This document shows positions 23,492 to 37,252 of a stretch of 64,000 bases of DNA, piece after piece. Made by a program: the position numbers and the translations under genes. Positions within the stretch are counted from its first letter, which is position 1. Each line of letters opens with the position of its first letter. Below the pieces are notes generated by a model that searched no databases, was not told where the DNA came from, and saw only the letters and a list, made by a program, of their open reading frames with translations. Source of the DNA: Raillietiella orientalis (Eukaryota); contig JAYWIR010000066.1 in the NCBI GenBank assembly GCA_036172245.1, positions 248,001 through 312,000 on the forward strand, given 5' to 3'.

Positions 23492-26400
23492 CCAGGAGGC
23501 TACTAGTTTGGATGAGTAGAAACTATATTAACCATTGTATTGTATATTACTAATATGTGTTAGAAAGCGTTAATAAATACACAGGACGTCTATAAGTCTG
23601 GGACTGAATTTTCTTACGGTCGCAGTGATGGTGCTATGCACCGGCGCGACCGCGTGCCACGCACACCTCTCTCGATTAGTTTACTAAGCAGCGTGACCGC
23701 GAGTGTCTTTTTGACCTCTGTCGAAACTTCGAGATAGACATGAGGGGAAAGAAGGTGGTAGGTCGGCTCCGGACGCCGGGCATAGCAGCCCGTGGGTTGT
23801 TCGGACCATTCCGCGATGGCGCGCGCGCCTTCGAGGCTGAGGAAGGCGGCAGGTCGCGGAGGGAAAAGACGGGCGACCGCAGAGGTCTCCTGGCGGAGCA
23901 GCCGAGAAGCGGCGAGGACTTAGCCGCTGGGAAGCCACGCAAGGAGGAGGTCGACGGGTGACCTCCCGACCTCCCTTCTGGCGCCGCTTCTCGCGCCGAG
24001 AAGCGGCGCCGGAAGCGCATCTGGACACTGGACCAACTCCCCGCGCTCGTCTCTTCCTGGCCTCTCCCTATCCACCGGAACGAAACTGCAGGCGAAAGGG
24101 GCCCGGTTTGACCCCATCGATGGGACGGGGAGTCTGGAAGAGGTCCCTGCAAAGGACCACGCCAGAAGTCGAGATCTCGCGCCAAGCAGCGTGCAGAGTC
24201 GATGGATTTTGAATGATGGAAAAAATTATGTATGGTGGTCTATACATAATATATGACAATAGCATCGTATGTCATATGACATGAAGTTATACCATGCAAT
24301 TGCCAAAATTGCTGACAATTTTCTTTAATGTTCCTTTGAAGTGCGACAGCGCTCATAGCAATAGCCCTCATGCAACGGAACATTACGATGTGTACAAACT
24401 TCCGTCGTAAACGGTCAAGATTTTCAAATTTGTAAAGGTATGGAGAGATGGTTGTACAGTTACTTGCAAGTCAAAGCGTAAATACGAATGCTTTGCTAAA
24501 AGTTTAACAGACACTACTGGCGGATTGACCTCGTCAATAGAAGAGCCTAAACATCGACCATCGGTCAATAAGCGTTGGCATCGAAGAGCCTAACTATCGG
24601 CTTCCGGTAAAAAAAATGTGTTGAGGTATTTTTCACGTATTTCAGGTATTATTACATTTCCCACTCATAGTTGTGGATTATGAATAATTACCGGTTCATG
24701 TGAAATTCTTTTTATTCGGCTATCATCAATGATAATAGCCGGTAATTATCGATCTGAACCGATCAGTCCGTAACGTGTACATATTTGCTGTTAATCATCT
24801 TTACAATATACATTAATCTATGTAATAAACGTGCGCACGTTTGCTTTTGTGATCTTTCGAGAACGTAGGCCGTTTGGGGTTGTTTTGAGCCCAGTCCCAG
24901 GGGCAGCAGAGGACCGGGACGCACCTGAACCTTGAGCGACCTTCGAAGGGAGGAATCGCTTCGCGGTGCGGGCAGTTCGGGAGGAAGGCGCTCCCGGAAA
25001 GTCCAGCGAGAGGGCAGCGCGAGCCCTTGCGGGCGATGCGCCTCGCCTCTCTGCCGAAGAGGGAAGAGACCTCGGCTGCGAGGATTCCGGGAAGCACCGC
25101 ACCGCGAGTCCGGGAGGTCTCTTCTCCCTGGCTGAGGAATCGGCCGGATCGAGAGCGGAAAGGATGGAAAGGGCAGTCCTCCCGCCATTCGTCCGTCCGG
25201 GACCGCGGCCCCGAGGAGAAAGAGGGAGCGATCCGGCTGGTCGGCTGACCCGCTGACTCGGGAGACGAAAGCCGGAAAAGAGGGTGGGCGGCGTGCCGCG
25301 GAGCAAGAAGAGCATTCCGGACTCGAGAGACGAGAGCCAAGGAAAGGTGGTTTCACCGGTGGCCAGGGGTCTCCCTGGGACACGGCACCTATAGAGGCGG
25401 GAACTTCCGCTCTACCGCAACGTTCCTGAGAGCACGGGAGACGTCCCCTTACGAGACACGAAGGCTTCCGGCTTCCCGACTTTCTTGAGGGAAACCCCGC
25501 GACGCTTCGCGGGTGCGTTCGCACAACCGGCAAATCTGAAGGTCGTGTGCGGAAAGACGGCCCTGGGTTCGATCTCCGCGCGTCCTTAAAAGGGTTAGGT
25601 ATGTTCCCCTCCCCGACCCACTCCTTCCCCCCCGGAGGCGGGGGGGGGGGGGTGCGTACGGAGGTGGCTGTGCGTCTCTGGAGCTTGCGAGGATCCACCC
25701 GACCTGCCGAAGAGTCGGAAGCGACGCGGAACGCGAGCGCACGGCACCGTCGAAGTCGCAGTCAGGAATGTCAGCAGCCACCTGTGCGGATCATGAAGCA
25801 AGACGTCACTCGAAGTCCGCCACCTGGATCTCCGCCTGGCATCTCCAAGCAGGGTGGGGTGGGGTGGGGCGAATTCGAGCTCGGGTACGCGACCGCTGGT
25901 GGAGAAAACACTGCGCGCTGACGTGGGGGCCAACTGCGCGCGCCACGTGACAGCAGCGCTCAGAGACAGTTGGGACGCGCGTCCGTGAACGGAGGAAGAA
26001 GAGCGAGGAGGACGCCGAGGAGAAGGGAGGCTTCGAGACTCCGCTTCTCTGAATCCTTTGCGCCTCCCGCTCGGCCCCCCCGGAGGCACGAGGCTTCCAC
26101 GGATTCCCCCCTGCAGCACGATCGAACCTGCGATCTCGACGCGATCGGCGATGACCGTGCTGAACAAGAATCCGTTTCCCTCCCAACTTCTCCCGATTTG
26201 CGCACCCGTCCGTGTCTCCCGACGCGCACCAACGACTTGAAAAGTAGGAAGACAAAAAAAAGAGAGAGAGAGAGAGAAAGAGAGAGGAATGAGCGAAATC
26301 ACAGCGAGACCCGCCCGGGGCGCAGCGGCGGCGCTTGCTTTTTCTTCAGAGCACTTTTCCTTTCAGTTCACCTCTCCCCGTGTTTCCTCCTCCTCCCGTT

Positions 26401-26505
26401 CCTTCCAGATGCGTTGCGGCTCGAAACTTGGATTCCACGGAGACTGCGTCTTGTGGTAGGGAGGTTTCCGATATGCGAGGAGGAAGAAGAAACAAAACGC
26501 GCGCA

Positions 26506-26539
<34 letters not shown>

Positions 26540-28035
26540 CGGCCATTCTTCCTGTGATTTTCACAATGTCGAGGAATTTCGAGGTCGTTCTTGCGGAAAG
26601 ATCGGTTCCCCGGATGGCGGCTGGAGCCGAAGGTGGTGCTCCTCCTCCTTCGAGAGCCTTCTAGATCGTGCTCGGTCGGTCCGAAAGAGGCCGTTTCCAA
26701 AAAAAAAGAAAAAAAAAAAAAAGGAGGAGGCTACTTTGCCTGGGTGTAGCGTCCTGATGCGAGCGGGCACGGGATGGAGGCGGGTTCAGGATTCGTGGAT
26801 CGAATCCACGAATCTGTCGTTCTGCAATCGAAAACGTCAATTGACGGCGACCTTGGCATCTGCCTGCATCCTCAGTTCTGGCTTCTGAGTTCAGATCGAA
26901 GACTGCTTGACACAGTTTGCCTTATCGTCCACATTTTCAGCACCTCGTACGCTACGATTTTCCTTTCCCCCTTTCCGTTTTTTTTTTTTTTTTCTAAGGA
27001 AGGGGGAGGGGGTCATTTCGCAGACACCAGGGATGTTTTATGCTATACAGATATTTACGTTACCTTAAGTTCAGGCACGTCGTCCTTGTCTTTTGCACGC
27101 ATTTCCGCCGCCACCGCTGATTCGATGTCACCTTTCGTTCCAAGTGGCAGCTTTGCTGGCGTGCTCCACCAGCGACGCCTCCTCAACTTCTGGCTCTCGT
27201 TTCCCGTTTCGTCGGGTTTTCGGCGACGCCCTTTCTTTGCTGGTACCCGTGTGCCTTGGGGCATGGTCTTTCCCTCCCTCTCGCCAGCTCTGGGGCGATG
27301 AAGAAGGCCAAGTCTGTTCTAGTTGTAGTCTGCGAGGGGGCCGCATTTCTTTGCAAGCAGCCCCTGTGCCAGCAGCATTTCCTCTTTCGGTTTGCCTGGG
27401 GCATCTTCCGCTATCCGTTTCGCGTTCAGCTTCCAGTCTTCCACTCTCACAGAGGAGCAGGTTCCCGTACCGTCGTGGTACGTGCCGCCGATCGCTCCAT
27501 CTTCGTGCCCGGCTGCTCCTCCAGGATTCGATCCATGCGGGCCTCGCCCATCCGTCTTCACCTCCCTTTCCTCATTGGTAAGTTCTCCTTGCGCTTCTGT
27601 GATGATCTCGAAATCTTCCAGCGAAACGATCTGCAAGGTCATTTCCTCCTAAACCGGGCAAAGTCCCCCCACGGCAAGGAAAGACGAAAACAACAAAACG
27701 GCGTCTTCGGCAACCGCAGCAGCGGACCTCGGGAGAACCAGGAATGGGGCGGCCTCTAGAAGAAGAATGGAATCGTGGACGAAAACTCCGCGTGGATCAG
27801 TATATAAACGAAACGCCACTCCATACATAGCACGTGGTTGCTAAATGGACCCCACGCAGGAAGTCTTTGGAAAAGAGCACGCCCCTATTTACCTGCGACG
27901 GCCATGTGATTGCGCTAATCCTCGATCCTTACATCAGAGGGAGAGGAAGAAGGTTGCTGCTATTTATTTATTCGGTCCTCTTTATATGTACTCAAGGTGA
28001 CGTTTTCCTACGAAAGTTGGAACCGTTAGAAGTTG

Positions 28036-29017
28036 GAACGATCAAAATCCCGAAAGATCACAAAAGATAAACACTTCGGCTTATTCCACGCGGATTAATA
28101 TGAAAGTGTACTCCAATATACATAGTTCATCATAGATGTATTGACAGTACTATTCTTGGAACGTGCATACTTCTTAAGATTTATTGACATGCATTTTATT
28201 CATGAAATTAGTAAGTTGCGGATTAAATTGTTGGCAGATTGTAAAAAATTAATATATGCATATATACATATGCTTGTTATGTATTTTTTGTAAAAATATG
28301 GAATCGTGCACATCATGAAGATTAAAAAAACATGAATATACATGTTTATTCTACATAGCTGACTGTAAAACTTCATTTTAATATGTACAGTTTATTATCA
28401 GCAGTAATGTTATTGGAATAAATATACCTGTTGAGATTCAGTGACATACATTAGAAAGATAAACATAATAAACGTAACAAGTTATTGATTCTGTCGCTGG
28501 TTTATGTATTAAAGATCATAAAAAATAAAAATGATATGATTATTGTGTACATTCATATATATATTTATGTAAAGGTTATTATATGGATTGATATACATGA
28601 TCAAAATATGTATACATGCCTATTTTATGCATTCATGTATATATATTTCCGTTCACGTACATGGATTCATGTTATGTGTAAACACTTACTGTTAAGAACA
28701 CATCAATATTTATATTATCCGTAAATATTGGTGTATATCATAAGCAAAGATTTATCTTTTTTTATCATCTTCAATACATACATCAACAATATGATCAACA
28801 CCTTATTAGTTATATTAATAAAATGTATGTCAGCAAATGTTGATAAACACATCTGTTCCCGATAGTATTACTGTTAATGCTAAGTAGGTTGGCAAACATG
28901 AATAATTATGCGTACGAAAAGTAGATCTGTATATTACTCCATGTAGCGCAAGCACGTGTGTTTGTTTGTTTTTTATCATCTTTCGGAATTTCGGCGTTCG
29001 GGATTTTGATGGTCACA
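28036..29017. mobile_element. AT-rich MITE-like remnant with MULE-type subterminal motifs
   Basis: gatcaaaatcccgaaagat at ~28040 (+) and catcaaaatcccgaacgccgaaattccgaaagat at ~29012-28978 (-) face each other across ~0.95 kb of very AT-rich non-coding DNA. A third motif lies at ~31378. Confidence 0.5.
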
Positions 29018-29099
29018 GTAAAAAAAAAAAAAAAAAAAAAATGCTTCTTCCTCCTTTCTGGAAATACATAGATGTATGTATTCCCGATCCAGATACATC

Positions 29100-30200
29100 C
29101 GCGTCAAAGTGGCGGCTGATTTGTCCACACACGAAACCACCACCAGCCGCACCTCCACTTGGAGATCATTTCCTCGGCAGCCAACTACCGACTCGTTTTT
29201 TCGTGATGTGTTTCCTGGGGCTTGCGTTTCCGGCACGGGTCACGGCTTTCCAGGAATCCGTGAAATCACGGGAAGAGTCCCCGAACGGGGCCGAACCCTT
29301 CCACCCTACCAGGTCACGAAGTGTCCCTCTTCTTCCGACCCCGTCATTTGCCTTCGTTCGCCGTCCGAGAGTGTCTTCGGAGAGGGAAGGGAGGGGGGGA
29401 AATGGTGACATTCACGAATGGGGTTCCGTTCATCCGGGGGGAATATCGTGTCCCCCTCCCCCACCTTCATCCCCCTCCAGAGATTCGATGCTGTTTGGCA
29501 TCTCAGCAAAGCCTGGCACCTTCCTTCTTCGTGCGCTTCCTCCTCGGGTTGGATCCGCTTGCAAGCGAGCAGGCTGCATCGTCTCACAGCTGTAAAAGAG
29601 CCTTCGTCTTCGAAGAGGTCCAGCAGGGAGCAGAAGAGCCGCAGAACGAAAGAAAGGAAGTGTGCATCGCCGAAAGGACCCCCTTGAACCCCGGGGTAGC
29701 ATTTTGAGAGGGCCTGCCGATGCAGCACACGGCACGGAACCCGAATCTTTAGCCAAGTGGATCGCGTGCAACCACTGCTTCCTCGGTGGTTTCCGTACTG
29801 ATGATCCCCAGAGTTTCCATACCTTTCGTCAAGACGTTCGACTTGACTGGTCTTGGACCTTCTTCCCCTCCTTCCTTTTCCACGGAGGGGAACGAGTCCC
29901 CTTTCAGTGGGCCCCGACAAGTCCGGAGAGGTCACGGACGTCGGCGGCAGAGAAACCTCCGTAACGGGGAGAGATTTCGGACGTACACTGTCCACTGGCA
30001 CGCACGGTGCTTCATCGAGAAGAATCGTTTCCGTGTGGCCATCCTTGCTGATCCACGTCGGGCCAGAGATAAAGAGAGAGGGAAAGAAGAAAAGCCTCTC
30101 TTTGGAAGCAGCTGCTCGAAGTTCGATCTCGCGATGGCCCAAAATTGAAGAAAGGGACTCCGATGCGAGAAATCGGGAATTCCGGGAGACCTTCCGTGCC
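29100..30200 (+). repeat. Repeat family X, divergent copy
   Basis: caggtcacgaag (~29310), aagcctggcacc (~29510, KPGT) and cgtttccgtg (~30026) occur in the same order as in the 13-15 kb copy. Confidence 0.6.
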
Positions 30201-32279
30201 CAACGGCGATCGGTTCACCTCCGTTACTTCGGTTCTCAATCAAATCATGTTTTTTAGGAAGCCCAATTTCATCTCTACAGCTTCCTTTGACGTTCGCCTT
30301 TCGGTTTCCCGTTCTTCCATTCTTCCAGTTGTCTTTTCATCTTCTGGCCTCTTTAAACGTCTGCACGTCGGTCCTCAGTTCTGTTCTCGGAGGGGTCTTC
30401 CCGTGTGAGTGGGCACGGACGGTGGCGAGCTTTCGAATTTCTTCGAACGCTTCGGTTAGACCGCGTCCATCCGCGGTGAAGTCCAAAATCCCTGAAGCTC
30501 TTTCCGAGCACCGCACCCTCCCGCACGAAGACCACCAGCGCGGCGCCCCACGCGCATCGTAGGCGGTGGTGGTCGTGCGAGCAGTGAACACCACGGAGCG
30601 CAGGCCTCGTGGGCACGAAAACTTGGGAACCTCTTGAAAGTGATTTCCCTCGGAACGATTGGTGCCACCGAGACCCATTTTCCAGCCGATGGCTTTTGCG
30701 GTGAGGAAAGGTCGCCGGGGGCTCCTGGAAACGGCAGCTCGAAGGGGAACCCTCTTCTCATTCGGAAAGAAGTGCTTTGCCAGCTCGCAGTTCGACGAAG
30801 ATGGTCCAGGAGGCAATCAAGATGCTCAGGAAGAAAGTACACGTGTTTATTATGCGTACAAATATCCATATTATCTATCCATCTATACACAGGTTCATAT
30901 GCGAATGTATTTTAACATGTGCAGTTGTTAATATTTATTGATTCACGCCCATTGATATAATCAATAATACGCCTATTACATGTTAATATGTGTGTGTACA
31001 TCGCTCAATATATATATCATAAAGATTATAATATATGTGCGTGCGTATATTATATGGATATTAATGTAATTGTATATGGATAAATATGTAAACCAATACA
31101 TTTTTCAAAGATTACAAAAAGTAAGCATAAATGACTATATATCAATATATATATGACTATTATATATATTGATATATAGATCAATATGCAAATTTGTATA
31201 CCACATATATGCTCATTGATGTAATTAATAATACTTATTAATACATATTATTTACACATATAGTAAAGATTGTAAGAATATATATATATAAATATTAACA
31301 TTTATATTCACGCATATAATAAATATATATGAAATGGATATATAAATATCGAAGTATGAGCACATATATTTATCAAACGATCAAAATCCCGGAAGTGGAA
31401 TTCATGAAAAGTTTCATTCATTAAATGTCGGAAATGACAGGAAAGCGAAATACCAGATTTCTTTTTGCCTTTTTCGATTTGTTTACTTTTTTATTTTTAC
31501 CATTATTTTTAAATGCCACCGCTGCTTTTTCTTATGTATAATTCGATAATTATATCTTCATTTAACACGTATTCACCACGCATATTAATATTTAATAAAC
31601 AAATATATTTATTTTCAACATAGTAATGCATATTATCAATTACACCAATTATACATGCGCTGATACGCATTAATAAGTATGTATGTTAAACCGACTTTGT
31701 ATATTTATCCATACACAAATATACATCTCCTAATACACATGACAAGCACATACACTTATTCTTAATAATGTTCACAGTATATATTAATCCACGTGCAAAT
31801 AAATAGTTAATACGTATCAGTATATATGACAAACATATGCATTAACTTCGAAGATCCTTCGGGATGTGGAACCAAACCCGGATGGGAGGCAGAAGAAACG
31901 ATGCCAAACGTAATAATTACGCTTGTCAGTGTACTCCATGACCACTCCAAGTGACCCAGGAATGATTGTGCAGATGCGCACAGCGAATGCATTCGTGGCA
32001 ATATCTATCCGACTCGACGTATTTTTCAGCAGCCGTGTTGAAAATGAAACTATCAGGGAGCAAGCAAATCGGAGTGGGACGTGAACTTCGGGGGCGAGAA
32101 GAAGGGGATGCCGCAGAGCAGAAGAAGGCAAAAATAGGGAGCCCAACCGCGACCACTGCGAAAGAAATGCCGCAAGCAAATTGCTCTTCACGTTGGTCCG
32201 CGCGGCTTTGCCCTTTTCCATTCCTTTCCGTCTTGAACTGATCTGCGTGGCAGTCTCTCTCACATTTCGTCCTGCCATA

Positions 32280-33620
32280 ATATTTCTAACAGGAATTCGC
32301 TACACGGTTTCCCGATGAACCAACTTTGCCCTTGCAACCGGACGTAAACTGCATCTCCGTATGGACGTGTTTTGGCATGTCAGACGATGAATGTGCCTTC
32401 CCTGTCGAAAGAGAGAGTACTTTGACACCGCTGTGGAATATTGGGGCTTAAAGCCAGCCAATTATCCACCGTTTGCGGAAGAATGCAAGTCCCAGGCTTG
32501 GAATCCTTTGATAAGACGAATGAAAGTGGCATACACTGTGCACGTACACGTCCCAATTTAACACATCCGACATTGCTTTGCTTCCAACCCCAATCCAGCA
32601 AGCCGCCCGCTTAGCTCGCACCAATGTTCCAGAACGATTCCGAGAACGCTGAGGCACGGACGGATAAGGGATGAGGTCCTCGTGTCCAAAGCGTGTTTGG
32701 GTGTGTGGAACACTCCCCCCCCCCTCCCGTCAATTCTGTACAACACAGGTCGTACGGTTTTTCTCCGCAAACGTGACAGTGGTTGCCTTCTTCATCTGTT
32801 TCAATGAGACGGCTGAGCACAGTATTGCTTGAGATCTGCTTGGGAAGAAGAAAACGAATAGGCTGTACCTGCAAGCTTGCTTCTTTGGGAGAGCCAGCTC
32901 CTCTTTCGCTCTGTGGTTTCTCTCTCTTTTGCTGTGAAGGCACTGCTCTGTCATCTCTTCACGCAAAATACGTGTCCACTTCCGAGTAGCATGCAGTGAC
33001 CTTCGTAGGCAAGTTTTCCAAAACAAGTTGCTTGACCAGAGTGTGTGGAACCGTCCCCACAAATTTCACTTGGAGGTTCTGAAGGAAGTGAAGTGCCCCC
33101 CCCTCCCCATTTGATTTTCAGCCACAGAACTGTACTGTACTATTCTTTCTCCTCTTCACGATCCACATCCAGCTTTGCAGTTTGTCTTGGAAGATTCAGT
33201 TTACTCCGACTTGCCTTCCCGTGGTCTTGAAGCGCCTCGAAGCCATTGCCGGAGCTGTCGCATTTTCGTTCATTCGAGCCCACCCTCCCTGGAATCCGCT
33301 GGGGATGCCTGCAGTCGTTTCTGATCCCTAGAGTCACGTGAGGTCTTTTCCGACGACGACAGGTGCATTTGGTAATCACGCCGGCTGCCCGTGGAAAAGC
33401 TGCGCTCGGCACATTTGGTGGGTCCGTGCCGCTCCCGGTCGATGAACGGGTGCTCGTTTGCTGCCCGACTTGCCATCGACTTTTTGCCCCCGGGCAGCCC
33501 TCAGTTCACAACGGCGGCTGCCTTTGCCAGGATCACTTGCTTCGCAGATTCCGATGATACTGTTCCAATGATTTTTGAGAAAATTTTGATGCATGACACG
33601 TGGATGACCTTGAGGCACTT
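32280..33620 (-). pseudogene. Possible decayed multi-exon gene with C2H2/Cys-rich remnants
   Basis: Broken peptides TKCAERSFSTGSRRDYQMHL, KCDSSGNGFEALQDH and NHCHVCGEKPY, plus a short GT-AG intron-like piece at ~32835-32868. No continuous frame. Confidence 0.3.
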
Positions 33621-36319
33621 CTGGAGTGCTTATTTATTCTCAAACGCATACCTCACAGTATCTCAGGCTAATTACGCACACTTCCGTGTGAAGGTACAGA
33701 AAGCACTGCGCTGCGAGCATCACCAAAACCCTGAGACTCCTCAGCCGAGGGAATTCGCATCGCAAGTACCAAAAGTACTAAAAAGGAGTCCCCCTTGTTT
33801 CGAAGAAACTGAAAGTTTCGGAAACGTCTCTATGATCCTAAGCCCAGAAGAAAAATGAAAAATAGAAGTAAACGAAATTGATCTCCTGAAAGGGCACCAC
33901 TTGTTCTACAGTCAGCTTTCAAAGTTTACAAATAAGTCTATTAAAATACAGCATCTTGAACATTAATTTTCCGATGGAACACATGCCCACATATAGGTCG
34001 AAAATTATCTGTTGGATGGGTCCGATGGCATTCCAAGGACACAGAGAGACACAGATGCCTCATGATGGATGTACTGAAGAAGCACAATGGAATAAACATC
34101 TATGAAAGGTAAGAGCGTTTCACTATAGGCACTTTTGTACATAGTTTTTATTGCTGTTCATATGTTCATCATTCCTGGTGTTAGTCTTCTTGCTAAGTGG
34201 CAAGATTTTCGGCTGAAATGGCATCCTCCCCTTCCCCCCACCCTCTTCAAAAAAAGAAAGTTCGAAACTGTGAGCATGTTTTCATAACTGAATCACTCAC
34301 CAAGGATCTTTTCAGGGCATGATCCAAACCAGAATTGGCCCCCACATTCCAAACCACATCTCCTTTGCCCCAAACCTGCATCAAAGTGCCTTATTCTAAG
34401 CATCTGATCCGCCATTCACCGTTTCAGAGATCTCTAGGCAGCAGTGTGAACTGCCGCCTCATGTATCCAAGCAAGCAGACAGCACATTTTTCTTAAATAC
34501 ATTTCATCTGGGAAAGTCCGAAGAGAAATGCACTGGGAACTTTAGTTCACAGTCCCCTTCTATTGTTCATCTATGTTTTTCCCAGTTTCCATCTGGGTCC
34601 ACACACTGGAAGCCATGGAAGTGTTCGAATCTTATCATATGTGTCACATGGTACCATAGATGTAGGTGAGATAATTCATTGGAGCATCTGGAACTATTAA
34701 TAATTATTTTTCTATATTTTTTCGAGGAAAAGCTAGTTTGAATGAGTACTGTAGGGCGTAGACTAATTTGCAAATCAGATTTGAGATTCAAATTCAGACG
34801 TGTTTGTAGGTCAGACCCCACACACGGCTAGTGCTTTTTATCCAACGAGGAAAACATCCATCCATGGATCATATTTTTGGAATGTTTGTGGATCAAATCA
34901 GTGCATCAGTGCTGCAGCAATTCATACATTGGATCAGAACTTTTAGTAATGTGTTTCTGCTACCTTTCTAACTATTTGGATGTATTTCCAAAAATCCAGT
35001 TGGACGGACAAACAAATCAGAGGATTTCATGGTTGTTGAAGAATGAATCATTTACTTTCTATCAGTGGATGAACGTTTCAGGGAGATCACACCATATTTC
35101 CAGATGAATCTGCGGAACTTTTGTGGAAAAATTATGAAACGAAAATTTCGAGAGAGCCTTAATGAATTTCTTGCGGGAAATAGAGACAGCTTTGCTTTTT
35201 TCTTTAAAAAGAAAGAAGGAAAGAAAAGAAAAAGTCCTTCAGGGAATTAGCCGTCGCCACGTGTTTGCAACCTAAAATCACAAAACTGAAAGTTACGGAC
35301 AATTACTCCAAGACAGGAACTGCCGATTAAAAGTTCATTAAAGCCGATCTAGAAACCGTCTTTTGTCATTAAACGATAAATCAATGTCCGATGAAGCACA
35401 TCTCCGGGTAATCGATTAAGGTGAAGGCTGCTCTCACAAATGAGCCTGTGTCAAAGCTCGCATCTTCCGTGACTCGGTCCATGTTCCTCACCTCAAACAT
35501 AGACGCTTACACTCAGCTTCCATATTAATGATAATTTAAATAAGAAGCCGTGGGTATCAGGCGAAGGGTTGCTGCTCTCAGAATAGTGTGTGATTGAGAA
35601 TTTCAGAGCAGCATGATTTTCCCTCTCTCAGGGAAGTTGGCGTTCCAAAATTCTGCTGTAGTTTGAACTTTGAGAACTGTTTGGCAGAAAAGAATGAAAT
35701 TCTCATGTTTGTTTCCCCTTCAGTTTTTTATAGAAGCATGGCAATGAAACATCAGAGAATTAATAGAAGAGTGGAAAGAAATTTTAAATACTACTTTGGA
35801 GTATTTAACATTTGCATCTAGAATGATGGAAATATTCACTTGATTCTCAATCAACAGAAGATCAGTACATCCTGCACTTGATACATGTTAATTTATCCGT
35901 ATCTAATGAAGCATTTTTGTATAACAACTTACATTCCAAAAAAAAACTTGTATCTCTAGAAGGGAAATTCAGATTTGCTTTATTTATACCCTAACCGCAT
36001 AAACTATTAATGAATGCATAGTATTCTATAAGATAGGAAGAGCTGACGAGGATGTTTACTTTGCATGGGTTGCTGGAAAATTAAGGGGAAAACCCATGAC
36101 TGAGGTTCGCAGGTTTTACATTCTGCATAAAAACCTTCATCCTTGGAAGTTGAAAGTTAAGGACAGCAGATAGTTGACCGACAACGAATTTTCTTCTTTC
36201 GATGTCGGATGCAAGACTAAGTAAATTTTGTTGCAAAAACTGGTGCTTGGAAAAACAGGACGCTATTCCAACCGATTCCTCCCACTCAGGAAATGATGTC
36301 TGCTGGTACGTGTGCACGA

Positions 36320-36349
36320 ACACACATACACACACACACACACACACAC
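36320..36349. repeat. (CA)n microsatellite
   Basis: acacacatacacacacacacacacacacac read directly. Confidence 0.9.
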
Positions 36350-36581
36350 GGAATTACGCAGGCAATCATACGTATGTGCGTGTGTGCATCGAGTGATTTG
36401 TTTGTAGTAGAGCATCCACTTGTTTGGATTAGTGGACCACCCTGAACGCTGCTCGTGAGGTTCGAGGAGGAATGGAAAAGAAAGGAGAAATCGGTGCAAC
36501 CCTTGGCACCCGTGGTAACAGCGCGAAATTGCTAAGGGCTGAAGGCGGACGTGGACAGTGTGCTGATGCAAAGTGCAGCTG

Positions 36582-37185
36582 ATGGATGCCACGTTGCTGT
36601 TGAAAATGTTTCTTGAAAGGAGCATACATGAAGTATTATACCATAAAAAAATATACCCGCTGGAAGCGTTTAAGAAAATTCAGTCGTTTGGGGTGCCGTG
36701 TCATATTTTAATGCACCCCGAAACGCAAAAGTATATACAAAGCATAGCCAACGTGTCGATGCAACTGATCACAGAAAGGAAACTCGCGAAGTTTGTACTG
36801 GTTGTATCATGTAATAATTTTATTAAATCGAAATTCGTTGTTAATGTTAAATATAGAACGCCCATGAAAGCAGTCGATAAGATTAAATTTCTTTCCCACC
36901 TGGAGGATGCCTTCAGAACTGTTACAATAAAGTTAGCATTGTGCAAGGAGAGATTCGAGTTAGGATCGAGTTTCAGCACCCAGTTTTACCTGTTTGCTGG
37001 TGTTGTGGCATCCCCCAAAAATCAAAGTTTGGATTTGCAAGTTTCGTCCCAAGAATTCGTTTTAGCAAATGCATGCATTACACCCCTGAAGTGTATTTAT
37101 TTGACCGACCTTGTAATGAATATTTATATGGAAAAGTATTTTTGGTTTGTTATTTTGAATGCATTTCTCTTGTTTCAGAAACTAG
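36582..37185 (+). CDS. MAD2L2: REV7/MAD2L2-like HORMA-domain protein, divergent
   Basis: MFLERSIHEVLYHKKIYPLEAFKKIQSFGVPCHILMHPETQKYIQ...SKFVVNV...LEDAFRTVTIKL...ITPLKCIYLTDLVMNIYME follows the REV7 pattern (EFLEVAvH.ILY.R.vYP..iF..r..ynvPv....HP.L..YI...EkFVf...iPLk......MqlYvE). Probably ends via a 43-nt intron 37136-37178 (MEKN*, stop 37185); the unspliced ORF stops at 37211. Confidence 0.85.
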
Positions 37186-37252
37186 CTTTTTGCGAACATC
37201 AGAATCTTTAACTGTGTGTTATGAAGACAGTTTAACAATAGCATAGTTTGAA

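Noticed and set aside
23578..23612. mariner-like terminal inverted repeat (cacaggacgtctataagtctgggactgaat)
   Set aside because: No matching inverted partner or mariner transposase was found in the window.
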